From: Candidatus Woesearchaeota archaeon
Lineage (GTDB): Archaea > Nanobdellota > Nanobdellia > Woesearchaeales > GW2011-AR4
Direction: 5' to 3'
Length of the DNA stretch: 44,040 nt
NCBI GenBank assembly: GCA_023266475.1
Contig: JAHFQA010000004.1
Span: forward strand, 1-44,040
A model generated the notes under the pieces. The model made no database searches, was not told the origin of the DNA, and worked only from the letters and a program-made list of their open reading frames with translations. A program made the translations under genes and the position numbers. Positions 28,661-38,008 of this stretch are shown here, piece after piece. Position 1 is the stretch's first letter. Each line of letters starts with the position of its first letter.

Positions 28661-30007
28661 ATGACATCAGACATAAATCTTCAGCCAGAACTAGCAAAGG
28701 CATTCGACGAACTTGGATTTCTTCAAATGACCGATATCCAGATTAAGTGCATACCTTTAATACAGCAAGGCAAAGATGTAATTGGTCAGTCCGCTACAGG
28801 CTCGGGAAAAACAGCGGCATTTGGATTTCCTATTCTGGAAAAAACAATTCATAATAATGGCCTGCAGGCGTTGATTTTGGTTCCCACTCGTGAACTGTGT
28901 GAGCAGGTATCAACTGAAATGCGAAAGTTTGCAAAGCACAAGAGAATGAATATAACTGCTGTTTACGGCGGAGTTTCAATCAACCCGCAGATTCATGCTT
29001 TGATGCATGCAGACATTGTTGTAGCTACTCCAGGAAGAATGCTTGACCACGCGCAAAGAGGCACGATTCAGCTAAATAAAATTAAAGTTCTTGTCCTGGA
29101 TGAGGCTGACAAGATGTTCGAAATGGGGTTTATAGAGGATGTCAAGAAAATAATTTCCCAAGTCCCAAAAGACAGGCAGACATTGCTTTTTAGCGCCACG
29201 ATATCTACTCAAGTGCAGGACATTGTCAGGCATTATATGAAAAATCCTGAAAAAATAAAAGTGCAATCATATGTTGACCAGGGAAAACTTGTGCAGCATT
29301 TCTATTCTGTCAATTCAAGAGACAAATTTTCCCTACTTGTGCATATTTTAAAGAATGAATCCCCTGGGATAACAATCATATTCTGCGCAACACGCAACAG
29401 GGTTGATGCGTTAAGCAAGAACCTTTACAAGCAAGGGATTGACTCGCTTAGAATCCACGGCGGCTTAAGCCAAAACAGGAGAAAGCAGGCAATGGACTTG
29501 TTTCACGACAATAAATCAAGCATTTTGGTTGCAAGCGATGTTGCAGCGCGAGGTTTGGATATAAAAAATGTGAGCCACATAATAAATTATGATATTCCAA
29601 AAACATCTAAGGAATATATACACAGGATTGGAAGGACAGCAAGAGCCGGTGAAGAGGGAAAAGTAATTTCATTGCTGTCAGAGCAAGACCACGACAATTT
29701 TAGGAATGTTTTGGGAGACAGGTCATTAATTGTTGAGCAATTAAAGCTTCCTGAATTTCAAAGAGTGCCATTTATAGCATCAGCTAGGAGGCAAGAATTT
29801 GGACACAGGAGATTTGGAGAGCAAAGGCATGGCTATTCAAGAGGCACTTCACGGCCGCACCATTCGAGAGAAAGAAGTGGCTCCTATGGATCACGAGACG
29901 GAAATTCCAGTTCTGGAGAAAATCAAAAATCATACCAACCAAGAGGAGAAAGAAGCTCATATCAATCAGGGGAAAGAAGAAGCTTTGGGCAGAGAAGGTT
30001 TAGGTAA
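28661..30007 (+). CDS. DEAD-box RNA helicase
   Basis: Q motif, 'TGSGKT', PTREL, DEAD, SAT, 'HRIGRTAR'; R/S/G-rich tail. Confidence 0.95.
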   Translation: MTSDINLQPELAKAFDELGFLQMTDIQIKCIPLIQQGKDVIGQSATGSGKTAAFGFPILEKTIHNNGLQALILVPTRELCEQVSTEMRKFAKHKRMNITAVYGGVSINPQIHALMHADIVVATPGRMLDHAQRGTIQLNKIKVLVLDEADKMFEMGFIEDVKKIISQVPKDRQTLLFSATISTQVQDIVRHYMKNPEKIKVQSYVDQGKLVQHFYSVNSRDKFSLLVHILKNESPGITIIFCATRNRVDALSKNLYKQGIDSLRIHGGLSQNRRKQAMDLFHDNKSSILVASDVAARGLDIKNVSHIINYDIPKTSKEYIHRIGRTARAGEEGKVISLLSEQDHDNFRNVLGDRSLIVEQLKLPEFQRVPFIASARRQEFGHRRFGEQRHGYSRGTSRPHHSRERSGSYGSRDGNSSSGENQKSYQPRGERSSYQSGERRSFGQRRFR

Positions 30008-30156
30008 AGTTAATATTTTATTTTTAATTTGCATATTTTTATTGAATTTTAGTTTAATGTTCAATCGATATTGAATTAAATCTTAATTAATTAACAATAA
30101 TATAACAATGTACTTTTACTAGAAACATTTAAAGATAATAATTAAAGCGATTTAAA

Positions 30157-33100
30157 TTATCCAAATATTCCAAACAATCCCTTTGCCTTCTTTTCTTTGG
30201 ATTTAATCAAGGAATCAATGTCTTCCTGCTGTTTCTTCAAATTCTCAACTTGCTCTTTCAGGATTGATTTTGCAACATCGTTTGGAACTTCATCAAAAAG
30301 CTTTGCTAAGGTATCGATAGAATTCTGTAATTTACTCTTGCTTTCTTCCAATTGATTAATTTCTTCTCTCTCAGCTTTTTTTGCCAGTCCAAAGAACAGC
30401 TTAATCTTGTAGCCAAATCCCTTTTCCGAATCCTTCTTTTCAAGCTCTCCCAGCTGGCCAGAGACATTTAGCACTTCGCTTGCCTTGTCTTCAATAATGT
30501 AAATGTATTCACTAGGAACATTGGAGTCTCGCAGCGAAACCAGCTTGCTTGCAACCTGTTCTGCCTTTAGCCCTGCAACGATTTTTTCTTTAACAAGTTT
30601 AGATTCATCAGAGCTTGCAGGAGCGCTTATTTTTGCATTTACAACAAAAGGAAGCAGTTTTATGTCTCCAAACCTGTTTGGATCAATTGTACCCCTGTAA
30701 ACAGTTGTATCCTGCAGTTTTAAATCCTCTTTTAAATTGTCAACAAAAAGCCTGAGATTCTCAAAATCGCTTGCAGTTGCTGTATTAAGAACAGCCAAAA
30801 CTATTTCTGCTTTTTCAGCATTTCTTACATCGCCTTGGTCCTGGATAATGCCTGTAAACTTGCACCTTTTCTTGACTTCCTCAATAATGAAATTTCTTAA
30901 TTTGTCTTCAGTCATTACCTCGATGCATTTCTCAGCAAGGCCTTTAATCTGCTCGCATCTTTTTATGCTCTGCTCAATGCATCTTTGCCGGTCATTGTCA
31001 ATCCTTGCACATCTTTCCTCAGCATATTTTATTTCAGAACCTGTGTTTATTTCACAATTTTGCTCTATTTTTGCAGTAGAATCCTCGGCATTCTTTTGCT
31101 CATATTCATTGCACTTTTCAATGAAAGTGTCCTTTTCGCAAACGTTTGGGGTGTTTAGGCATAATCTCTGCTGCTCAAGCCAGGATTTTTCACACTGCCT
31201 TAAGAAATCATCATAAGTGCCTAAAGCGCCGATAACATTTCCAGTGATTTTAATTGCGCTGCCTGTTGTTGAGGGTGCTATGGTTACACACACATATGCA
31301 CTTACACAGCCTTTATCATCATATTTTGTTGTTACGCTCTGTCCTTCTGCACATGCTGGTTTTGAAATCTGAGGGCATTGTGGTAATTGATTTGTACATT
31401 GATAGCTTGTCACACAGCCAACATTGTCATAATAAGAGTTTAATGTTTCTCCTGTATTGCACGTTGGCCTTGCAACCTCCTTACATATTGCTGTTGAACC
31501 ATCCGAACAAGTGTAAATTATACAGTTGTTAACATCCCTTTTTCCTGAATCGACTGCACCTTCGCATGCTGGTTTTGGGCAATTAATTACAATGTTTTCA
31601 CAATAATAATATACGCAGCCGTTGGCATCGATTTTTTTTTGCAGGTTAGAATTTTCAGAGCATTTTGGAATTTCACGATACGGACACTGTGGCAATTGGC
31701 AAAGTTCAAAATCACATTTTGGGGGAATTCTCTTAACAAATCTTCCATCAGAACATTGCTGCACATCCGCAGGACATTCAATTTCATACAATTCACAATA
31801 ATATGAAGCACAACCATTACCATCAACTCTTTTTTGGACTCGGTATCCTTCCTTGCACTGTGGAATTTGTTGAGTTGGGCATAATGTACCGGAAGAAACT
31901 AAATTATTTGGCGAGCTTGCACCGCATTCTCCGCTTACGCTGATGCTGTTCAAGCCGCATTTACTTTTATCAGGATAGCAATGCCCTTCACAAGATTTTC
32001 TTGCGAGTCCATTCCAGTTTTCTGAAGGTCTGCATGTTGTTTCGCTTCCTTGGGACTCAGTATGGCCATCATAGCACTCCCATTTTGCATACTTAAATGC
32101 TTTAACAATTTGACTGACAGTTCTCTGGCTTTGGTCAAAATTTTCTTTCTTAATTCCACCCATGCATTGGTTAATATATTTGTCTTTACCACAAATTGTT
32201 GCCTGCTTAAATCTCTCGCATTCCTTCATCAACCTATCGCCTTCATGATTAAACCTCTCCTCACAGGATTTTGCTATTGCACTAATCCTCTGCTGTATTT
32301 TATACTTGTCCCTTAGTTTGCATGCCTGAATTATTGCATCCTTGTTTAAAGGACACGAATAGGCAATTGACTGTATTTTTTCCAACTCAGTTGAATCTTT
32401 ATTAAGCCTAGGTGTTCCAATCTGCGAGCATTCGATTTCCATCATTTCCCTGCATTTCGCTTCATTTTCATCAAATTGGGAGCAAATATCTTGCAAGCCA
32501 CCAACTCTTTCCTTGAATTTGCTTATTACCAAGTCTGCAAATTCGCTCGGATGATCGCAGTATTGCTTAATTTCTCTTGGGTCGATGTCATCCCCTATAA
32601 TTCCAAAAACTCGTCCATAAATCATCTGCTCACTGGAATATCCTTCGTAAGAAGGCCCAAAATCAAAGTGCGCCTCAAAACCTTCATGATTATAAGAAAA
32701 TGCGTCTTTTCTGTTCATTCTCTCTTTGGATTCAAGCATTATTTTCTGAAATTCCATTTCCGAGAATTTATCGCCCATTTTGGCTTGAGCCATTACCCGC
32801 ATATCCTCTTCGGTTACCTCTCCTCGATTAAAGCGCCCCATCATTTCCTTTTCTTTTGCATTGTCCAATTTTTTTTCATTGACACAGCTAAACCGAATGG
32901 TTTCGTCGTCCCCATTAGTAATTGAATATTGGTAGCCGCCGCAGCTGCTTTTCCAAGTAAGTTTCTCTCCGTTAAGGCCTAAAACTTTTATTGAGCAGGT
33001 GCCTTTTCCTTCGCATCCAAATCTTCCATCGTCAGAATAACATTTTTCAATTGAAAAAGACCCTTCAAAAATGCAGGATACTTGCTCTGCCACATTTTCG

Positions 33101-33213
33101 GAACTTGAACTTCCTGAGCCTGAACTTCCTAAACTACTCTGCGCAAAAGCCAGATTGCTGAGAACAAGAAATACTGCTACTAGCAAACTCAATGGCTTTC
33201 CTACTTTAATCAC
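30157..33213 (-). CDS. Large secreted Cys-rich protein with tandem disulfide repeats
   Basis: 1018 aa; signal peptide, Cys-spaced helical regions, central C-x-P-x-C...D..GC...Y.C repeats, coiled-coil C-terminus. Confidence 0.8.
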   Translation of the reverse strand: MIKVGKPLSLLVAVFLVLSNLAFAQSSLGSSGSGSSSSENVAEQVSCIFEGSFSIEKCYSDDGRFGCEGKGTCSIKVLGLNGEKLTWKSSCGGYQYSITNGDDETIRFSCVNEKKLDNAKEKEMMGRFNRGEVTEEDMRVMAQAKMGDKFSEMEFQKIMLESKERMNRKDAFSYNHEGFEAHFDFGPSYEGYSSEQMIYGRVFGIIGDDIDPREIKQYCDHPSEFADLVISKFKERVGGLQDICSQFDENEAKCREMMEIECSQIGTPRLNKDSTELEKIQSIAYSCPLNKDAIIQACKLRDKYKIQQRISAIAKSCEERFNHEGDRLMKECERFKQATICGKDKYINQCMGGIKKENFDQSQRTVSQIVKAFKYAKWECYDGHTESQGSETTCRPSENWNGLARKSCEGHCYPDKSKCGLNSISVSGECGASSPNNLVSSGTLCPTQQIPQCKEGYRVQKRVDGNGCASYYCELYEIECPADVQQCSDGRFVKRIPPKCDFELCQLPQCPYREIPKCSENSNLQKKIDANGCVYYYCENIVINCPKPACEGAVDSGKRDVNNCIIYTCSDGSTAICKEVARPTCNTGETLNSYYDNVGCVTSYQCTNQLPQCPQISKPACAEGQSVTTKYDDKGCVSAYVCVTIAPSTTGSAIKITGNVIGALGTYDDFLRQCEKSWLEQQRLCLNTPNVCEKDTFIEKCNEYEQKNAEDSTAKIEQNCEINTGSEIKYAEERCARIDNDRQRCIEQSIKRCEQIKGLAEKCIEVMTEDKLRNFIIEEVKKRCKFTGIIQDQGDVRNAEKAEIVLAVLNTATASDFENLRLFVDNLKEDLKLQDTTVYRGTIDPNRFGDIKLLPFVVNAKISAPASSDESKLVKEKIVAGLKAEQVASKLVSLRDSNVPSEYIYIIEDKASEVLNVSGQLGELEKKDSEKGFGYKIKLFFGLAKKAEREEINQLEESKSKLQNSIDTLAKLFDEVPNDVAKSILKEQVENLKKQQEDIDSLIKSKEKKAKGLFGIFG

Positions 33214-33253
33214 CTTTTTATGATTTTCTTAACAAACTTCTATATAAACTTAA

Positions 33254-33895
33254 CTAAACCTCAAAGCCGTACTTGCCATACATAGGCGTAAACAAAAATG
33301 GCCCGAAGAATTCCAATGATAAATGCCCTTCCTTATCCTTAACTCCCCTGATCATTTCCTGTTCGTTCTGATTTCCAACAGGACCAACAATTATGCCAAA
33401 AGGCTTTAATTGCTCAAGAAGTGGCTTTGGAAATTCTTTGCAAGCTGCTGTGATTATTATCTTATCAAATGGTGATTCTAAAGGCCTTCCGTTTGAGCCA
33501 TCATCTTCATAAACAGTTACATTTTGTATCTTTGCTTTCTTTAGATTTTCTCTTGCAAACTTCACTAATTCAGGCACTACTTCTGTACTTATGAATTTTC
33601 CCCTTGGTCCTATAATTTTGGCAATTATTGCAGCTTGATAGCCAGATCCGGTTCCAATTTCAAAAACTTTGTCGCCTTTTTTCAGCTCAAGCAAAGAAGT
33701 CATAATCATGACTGTTGTAGGCTGCGAAATTGTTTTTCCCCTAAGCAAAGGCAGTGGCACATCCTGATACGCTGCATTTTTTAAGTTTTCTGGTATAAAA
33801 TCTTCCCTATTTATTTGCTTGAAAGCATTTATTTCAACATCATTAAATTTAAAATTATCCTTCCAAAATTTTATCAATTCCATTTTGTATACCAT
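33254..33895 (-). CDS. pcm: Protein-L-isoaspartate O-methyltransferase
   Basis: 'AYQDVPLP..GKTISQP', 'EIGTGSGYQAA', 'PFDKIIITAA', 'LLEQLK'; exact start uncertain. Confidence 0.92.
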   Translation of the reverse strand: MVYKMELIKFWKDNFKFNDVEINAFKQINREDFIPENLKNAAYQDVPLPLLRGKTISQPTTVMIMTSLLELKKGDKVFEIGTGSGYQAAIIAKIIGPRGKFISTEVVPELVKFARENLKKAKIQNVTVYEDDGSNGRPLESPFDKIIITAACKEFPKPLLEQLKPFGIIVGPVGNQNEQEMIRGVKDKEGHLSLEFFGPFLFTPMYGKYGFEV

Positions 33896-33988
33896 CTTCT
33901 CGAAAGATGCAAAGTTAAGCAAGTACTTAAATTTTTTGAGTTGGATTGAACAAAAACATTTTTATACAATGAAAAGATTTCTTAGATT

Positions 33989-34285
33989 ATGGCGGATAAA
34001 GAGAAGATTATTGAAGTCTTAAAGAAAATTAATGACCCTGAAATACAGCTTGATATCTGGAGCCTTGGGTTGATTTACAATGTTGAAGTTGAAGGAAACA
34101 AGGTAAAGATATTGATGACATTTACAAGCCCAATGTGCCCTTACGGCCCTGCCCTAATGGACGACGTAAGACGACAGGTTTCCGCAATTGACGGAGTTGG
34201 AGAAGTTGCAATAGAATTGACATTCAACCCAGTCTGGGGTCCTGATAAAATGTCAGAAGAAGCGAAGATTGCATTGGGGATTTGA
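33989..34285 (+). CDS. DUF59/SufT (MIP18) Fe-S cluster assembly factor
   Basis: 'DPEI..DIWSLGLIY', 'MTFTSPMCP', 'FNPVW.PDKMS'. Confidence 0.9.
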   Translation: MADKEKIIEVLKKINDPEIQLDIWSLGLIYNVEVEGNKVKILMTFTSPMCPYGPALMDDVRRQVSAIDGVGEVAIELTFNPVWGPDKMSEEAKIALGI

Positions 34286-34310
34286 AATTCTTGAATTTTT
34301 TAGTATTATA

Positions 34311-34384
34311 TGGTGGGCCCAAAGAGAATTGAACTCTTGCCCCAACCCTGTGAAGGTTGTGTTCTGCCACTAGACCATGGGCCC
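34311..34384 (-). tRNA. tRNA-Val(CAC), intronless, CCA encoded
   Basis: GGGCCCA/TGGGCCC acceptor stem, CAACC-TT CAC AG-GGTTG anticodon arm, AAGAG-TTCAATT-CTCTT T arm, 3' ACCA. Confidence 0.93.
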
Positions 34385-34429
34385 CAACGAAAAGGGATTA
34401 TATTGTTAATTTATAAAGTGTTGTTTGGT

Positions 34430-34696
34430 CTACCTGCCTTCAATTATGCCAGCAAAATACAAAGAAATCAATCCAAAAATAAACAACAATATAAGAACTG
34501 GGATGCTAATCAAAACCCTCCTTACATTTTCAGCATCTTCATGCAGCTTATGCTCAAATGAAGTTATTTCGTGCAATGCTTTTAAAGCCTCTTCCTGCTT
34601 TAACCCCCTTTTATTAAGATAGTCTTCAATTCTTGTCAAAGAAAATCCCCTTTCAAAAGCTTCTTTTCCCCATTTGACAAGATGTTCGTGAGCCAT
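34430..34696 (-). CDS. Small hypothetical membrane protein
   Basis: 88 aa; helical N-terminus and one C-terminal TM helix. Confidence 0.65.
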   Translation of the reverse strand: MAHEHLVKWGKEAFERGFSLTRIEDYLNKRGLKQEEALKALHEITSFEHKLHEDAENVRRVLISIPVLILLFIFGLISLYFAGIIEGR

Positions 34697-34733
34697 GAGA
34701 ATAACCCTCTTATCACCTCTTTTTGGATAAGGG

Positions 34734-34804
34734 TTTGGCCCCCCTTATTTTACGTTCATACATGGGGGTGGTTTGAGAAGAAATCGTTTTTTAAGGGGGC
34801 CAAA
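34734..34804. repeat. GC-rich inverted repeat (hairpin)
   Basis: tttggccccc(c)tta ... taagggggccaaa arms enclosing ~45 nt. Confidence 0.6.
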
Positions 34805-34859
34805 TTGAAGAGTTTGAATTTTTGTTATATACATCAATTTTTTGATGATTTTACGTTTT

Positions 34860-35270
34860 TTATCTAACCAATGACTTTGGAGGCTTCCTCATCTCTCTTA
34901 TCCACATAAGTCCTATGTGCTGCAAATCCCTGTTAAATTTGTCGCTGATCCTGTATGTTTTCTTGTAGAGATCATAATCAATGATGCCCATGCTTTTCAT
35001 AGGCGTCAAAATCCTGTCGTAAAACTGCCTTTTATTGTATGAAACCTTGACTTTTTTGCCCTTGTATGGAGGTTCATCTATCAAATCTGTTATCAGATTA
35101 CCTTCATGAAGCTTAGTTGCGAACAAGGACATCTCTGTTTTTCCAATCTCGCCGCCATTGTCCTTCATCATCTCTATAAGCAGTTTAGCAACGATTATCT
35201 GCTGCTTTGTCGCAAATACCACTTCAAATATATCTTCAGGTAGGTTAAACCTGTCAAAAAGGATAACCAT
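34860..35270 (-). CDS. Hypothetical protein, possible winged helix
   Basis: 136 aa; 'FYDRILTPMKSMGIIDYDLYKKTYRIS' resembles a recognition helix + wing. Confidence 0.7.
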   Translation of the reverse strand: MVILFDRFNLPEDIFEVVFATKQQIIVAKLLIEMMKDNGGEIGKTEMSLFATKLHEGNLITDLIDEPPYKGKKVKVSYNKRQFYDRILTPMKSMGIIDYDLYKKTYRISDKFNRDLQHIGLMWIREMRKPPKSLVR

Positions 35271-35364
35271 TTTACATAGAAAGTGTTACCAGTATTTAAA
35301 TGTTTCGCTTTAAGATACTAGTATAGGAAAAGGTATAGTAATAATTTGGGCTGGAAATCTTTAA

Positions 35365-37242
35365 TCACTTTCTCCCAATAAATTCCTTTAAAATATCAAT
35401 GTAATCCATATCAACTTCAATTTCCCAGTCTTCTGGGAAGCATTGGTAATAATTTCGCCATGCATATCTTTCATCAAGGAATATAATTGCGCCTTTGTCT
35501 GTTTCTGAACGGATGCATCTTCCAGCATTTTGCAAACATTTTGTAATTGCAGGCAATACATACCCATACTCCAGCCCTTTGCCATATTTGTCATCATAAT
35601 ATTCAATTAACAATTTAGCTTCAACATCAGGCTTATTCAATGGTAGGCCGGCAATAATAACTGCTTTTAGAATATTTGGCATGTCAATGCCTTCACCAAA
35701 AGAGCCTGTTGAAATGCCCAAAAGAATAGCCCCAATTGATTTATAAGACTTAAATGCATTAAGCAATGACTCTTTTTCTTCTTTTGTCATTTTTTGTTTT
35801 TCTATAAAGATTGGCTTTTGCGTTTCCTTCCTTAAATGCTCATTGATGTTCAGCATCAAATCATAGCTCGGGAAGAATATCGCAGAATTTCCATCAATTA
35901 AATTAGCGATCTCTCCGCAAATCCTAGCTATTTCAGCATATTGTTTGTGGTTTCTTTCAACAAACTTTGTCGTTGTCTTTGGAATTATTAAATTGATCCT
36001 GTTTTTCTTTGGAAATGGGCTTTTGTATTCTTTTTCAATTACATTTTCATTAAAGCCGAGAATATCCTTGTACATTGTGGTTGGAGTCAAAGTTCCAGAC
36101 ATTAAAATCGTTGAATAACTCTTGTCTATAACTTCCCTAGACGCTATTGAAGGATCAAGGCACTTGTATGAAAGACTAATTTTCAGCTTTTTATCAATTT
36201 CTTTTGCAAGTATTCTTCCAAACCCAGCATCAGGCCCCTGCCATGCCCCAAGAAACTTTGCAACACTAAGAACGAAACTTATTTTTTGTTTTTCCCTTAT
36301 TTCATCACCAATAAATTCAAGTTCAGAAGCAACTTGCCCATAATTCTTTCTTTTAATTATTGCTTCAATAAAGGAATTTTTACTTACAACACCTTCTTGT
36401 TCTATATCCTGACCAATCTCAAAAAGTGCATTCTCGACAATTTCGAGGTTTTCAATGGTTGTATCATAACCATATTTTCTAGCCTCTTTTTTTGCATTTT
36501 CAATTGCCAAGCTTGAAGTCTTTTGCGTCAACAAATCCCTTATTCTTGCAGGAAGATTGTGGGCTTCATCAACAATCAGTATGCATTTATCCAGCTCTTT
36601 TTTAATTTTAAGAAAAAAACTATTCCTTATGCTGCTGTTGAAAACATAATAATAGTCAGCAACAATTACTTTTGCATTTCCTGCTGTCAAGACTGCAAGT
36701 TCATAAGGGCACATTTTTTTCTTTTTACCGTGCTCGATAAAGTCCTGAACATGGGAAGGCCCAATAATTTTCAGTTCTTCAATTATTTGCTTTGCTTCCA
36801 CCGTTGCCTGATTGTTTGGCTTCCTCGCATTAATGTAAAACTCGCATTTGCTCTCGTCCCTTAACGATTTGCAGTATTCATGAAACGAGCCCGATGCCAT
36901 CATTTCAACTCCATTCTGCAGGCACATCCATTTCTTTCCAATGACATCCGCGCATTCCAAATCAATATTGAATTTTTGCTTTATTTGCTTCAATGTATCT
37001 ACAACAATTTTGTGCTGTGTCTGCCTGGAAGTTAGGAAAAATATTGTTAGGCTGTTTTTCATAGCAAATGAAAGGGCAGGAGCCAAAACAGCAGCTGTTT
37101 TTCCAATCCCAGTTGGCGCGTGCATTATAATGTGCTTTTTATTTTTTAAAGCATTATAAACATCAGAAATCATGTCTGACTGTATTTCCCTTATTTTAGA
37201 GTAAGGAAAATATATTTCTTTTTGAAATTCCTCACTTAGCAT
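35365..37242 (-). CDS. xpd: XPD/Rad3-family Fe-S DNA helicase
   Basis: 'APTGIGKT', four Fe-S Cys, DEAH, SGT, 'QNAGRCIRSETDKG'. Confidence 0.92.
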   Translation of the reverse strand: MLSEEFQKEIYFPYSKIREIQSDMISDVYNALKNKKHIIMHAPTGIGKTAAVLAPALSFAMKNSLTIFFLTSRQTQHKIVVDTLKQIKQKFNIDLECADVIGKKWMCLQNGVEMMASGSFHEYCKSLRDESKCEFYINARKPNNQATVEAKQIIEELKIIGPSHVQDFIEHGKKKKMCPYELAVLTAGNAKVIVADYYYVFNSSIRNSFFLKIKKELDKCILIVDEAHNLPARIRDLLTQKTSSLAIENAKKEARKYGYDTTIENLEIVENALFEIGQDIEQEGVVSKNSFIEAIIKRKNYGQVASELEFIGDEIREKQKISFVLSVAKFLGAWQGPDAGFGRILAKEIDKKLKISLSYKCLDPSIASREVIDKSYSTILMSGTLTPTTMYKDILGFNENVIEKEYKSPFPKKNRINLIIPKTTTKFVERNHKQYAEIARICGEIANLIDGNSAIFFPSYDLMLNINEHLRKETQKPIFIEKQKMTKEEKESLLNAFKSYKSIGAILLGISTGSFGEGIDMPNILKAVIIAGLPLNKPDVEAKLLIEYYDDKYGKGLEYGYVLPAITKCLQNAGRCIRSETDKGAIIFLDERYAWRNYYQCFPEDWEIEVDMDYIDILKEFIGRK

Positions 37243-37304
37243 AATAAAGGTATAACTTAATCATTTATAAGGATTGTTTTTTGACATGATTAATGCCATA
37301 AATA

Positions 37305-37365
37305 TGCGAGGCTTGAGCGACTGGTGCCGAGCACTAAATTTTGTCGCGAAGCGACGGATTAAAAT
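37305..37365. repeat. REP-like GC-rich hairpin element
   Basis: gagcga...cgagcactaa-attt-gtcgc-GAA-gcgac-ggatt, collinear with the reverse complement of 26703-26745. Confidence 0.6.
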
Positions 37366-37491
37366 TATTTTTCTAAAGAGCTATTTTAATAATTTTTACT
37401 AATTAGATCTATAACTTTCTGTTTGCCTTGCCAGAAGGGCACTTCCAATAATCTAAAAAAAATTAAATTTATAAAAATAAGAAACAAAATT

Positions 37492-37908
37492 TTAGCGCCA
37501 GACTGCCAAGATTCCGCCCATCACAATCATTGCCACTAACCAGTATCCTGAATTAATTGCGAAAAGCTTGAAAGGCTTGCCTTCCCACAATACTTTTCCA
37601 ATCATTACTGTTGCAACAAACCCAAGCCACAGCCAGAACCCTACTTGCAGACCATCCATTATGGAAGAAGCTTGCACATAGCCAACAAAATGCGCCATTA
37701 CATAGCTCATAATTACCGCCGAGACAAATCCGCCTGCTATGGCTTGTTTTGGCGTAACTTTCATCGACTTCATGCTCTTTGGAGTAAAACCCATTAAGTT
37801 CATCCATTGCTTCCCGAATAAAGGCCCATGCCACAAGAAACCAATAATCATATTTGAAATTGCAGCAGATAAAACTGCCAAATAGTTTATGTTAACAATC
37901 GACGCCAT
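37492..37908 (-). CDS. DUF1761 family membrane protein
   Basis: 'INYLAVL.AA....IGFLWHGPLFGKQWM', 'GFWLWLGFV', 'INSGY'; GAGGTGA SD. Confidence 0.85.
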   Translation of the reverse strand: MASIVNINYLAVLSAAISNMIIGFLWHGPLFGKQWMNLMGFTPKSMKSMKVTPKQAIAGGFVSAVIMSYVMAHFVGYVQASSIMDGLQVGFWLWLGFVATVMIGKVLWEGKPFKLFAINSGYWLVAMIVMGGILAVWR

Positions 37909-38008
37909 TTTTTCACCTCACTTATGGATTATTATTGATCTAAATAATTCGGTTTATTTATATTTTTCGAAAGTAAAAATAGTTTGTTTTAATTCTATTA
38001 TGCATTTT

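Noticed and set aside
34310-34561. 83-aa ORF 'MVGPKRIELL...'
   Set aside because: Antisense translation of tRNA-Val, a classic spurious ORF
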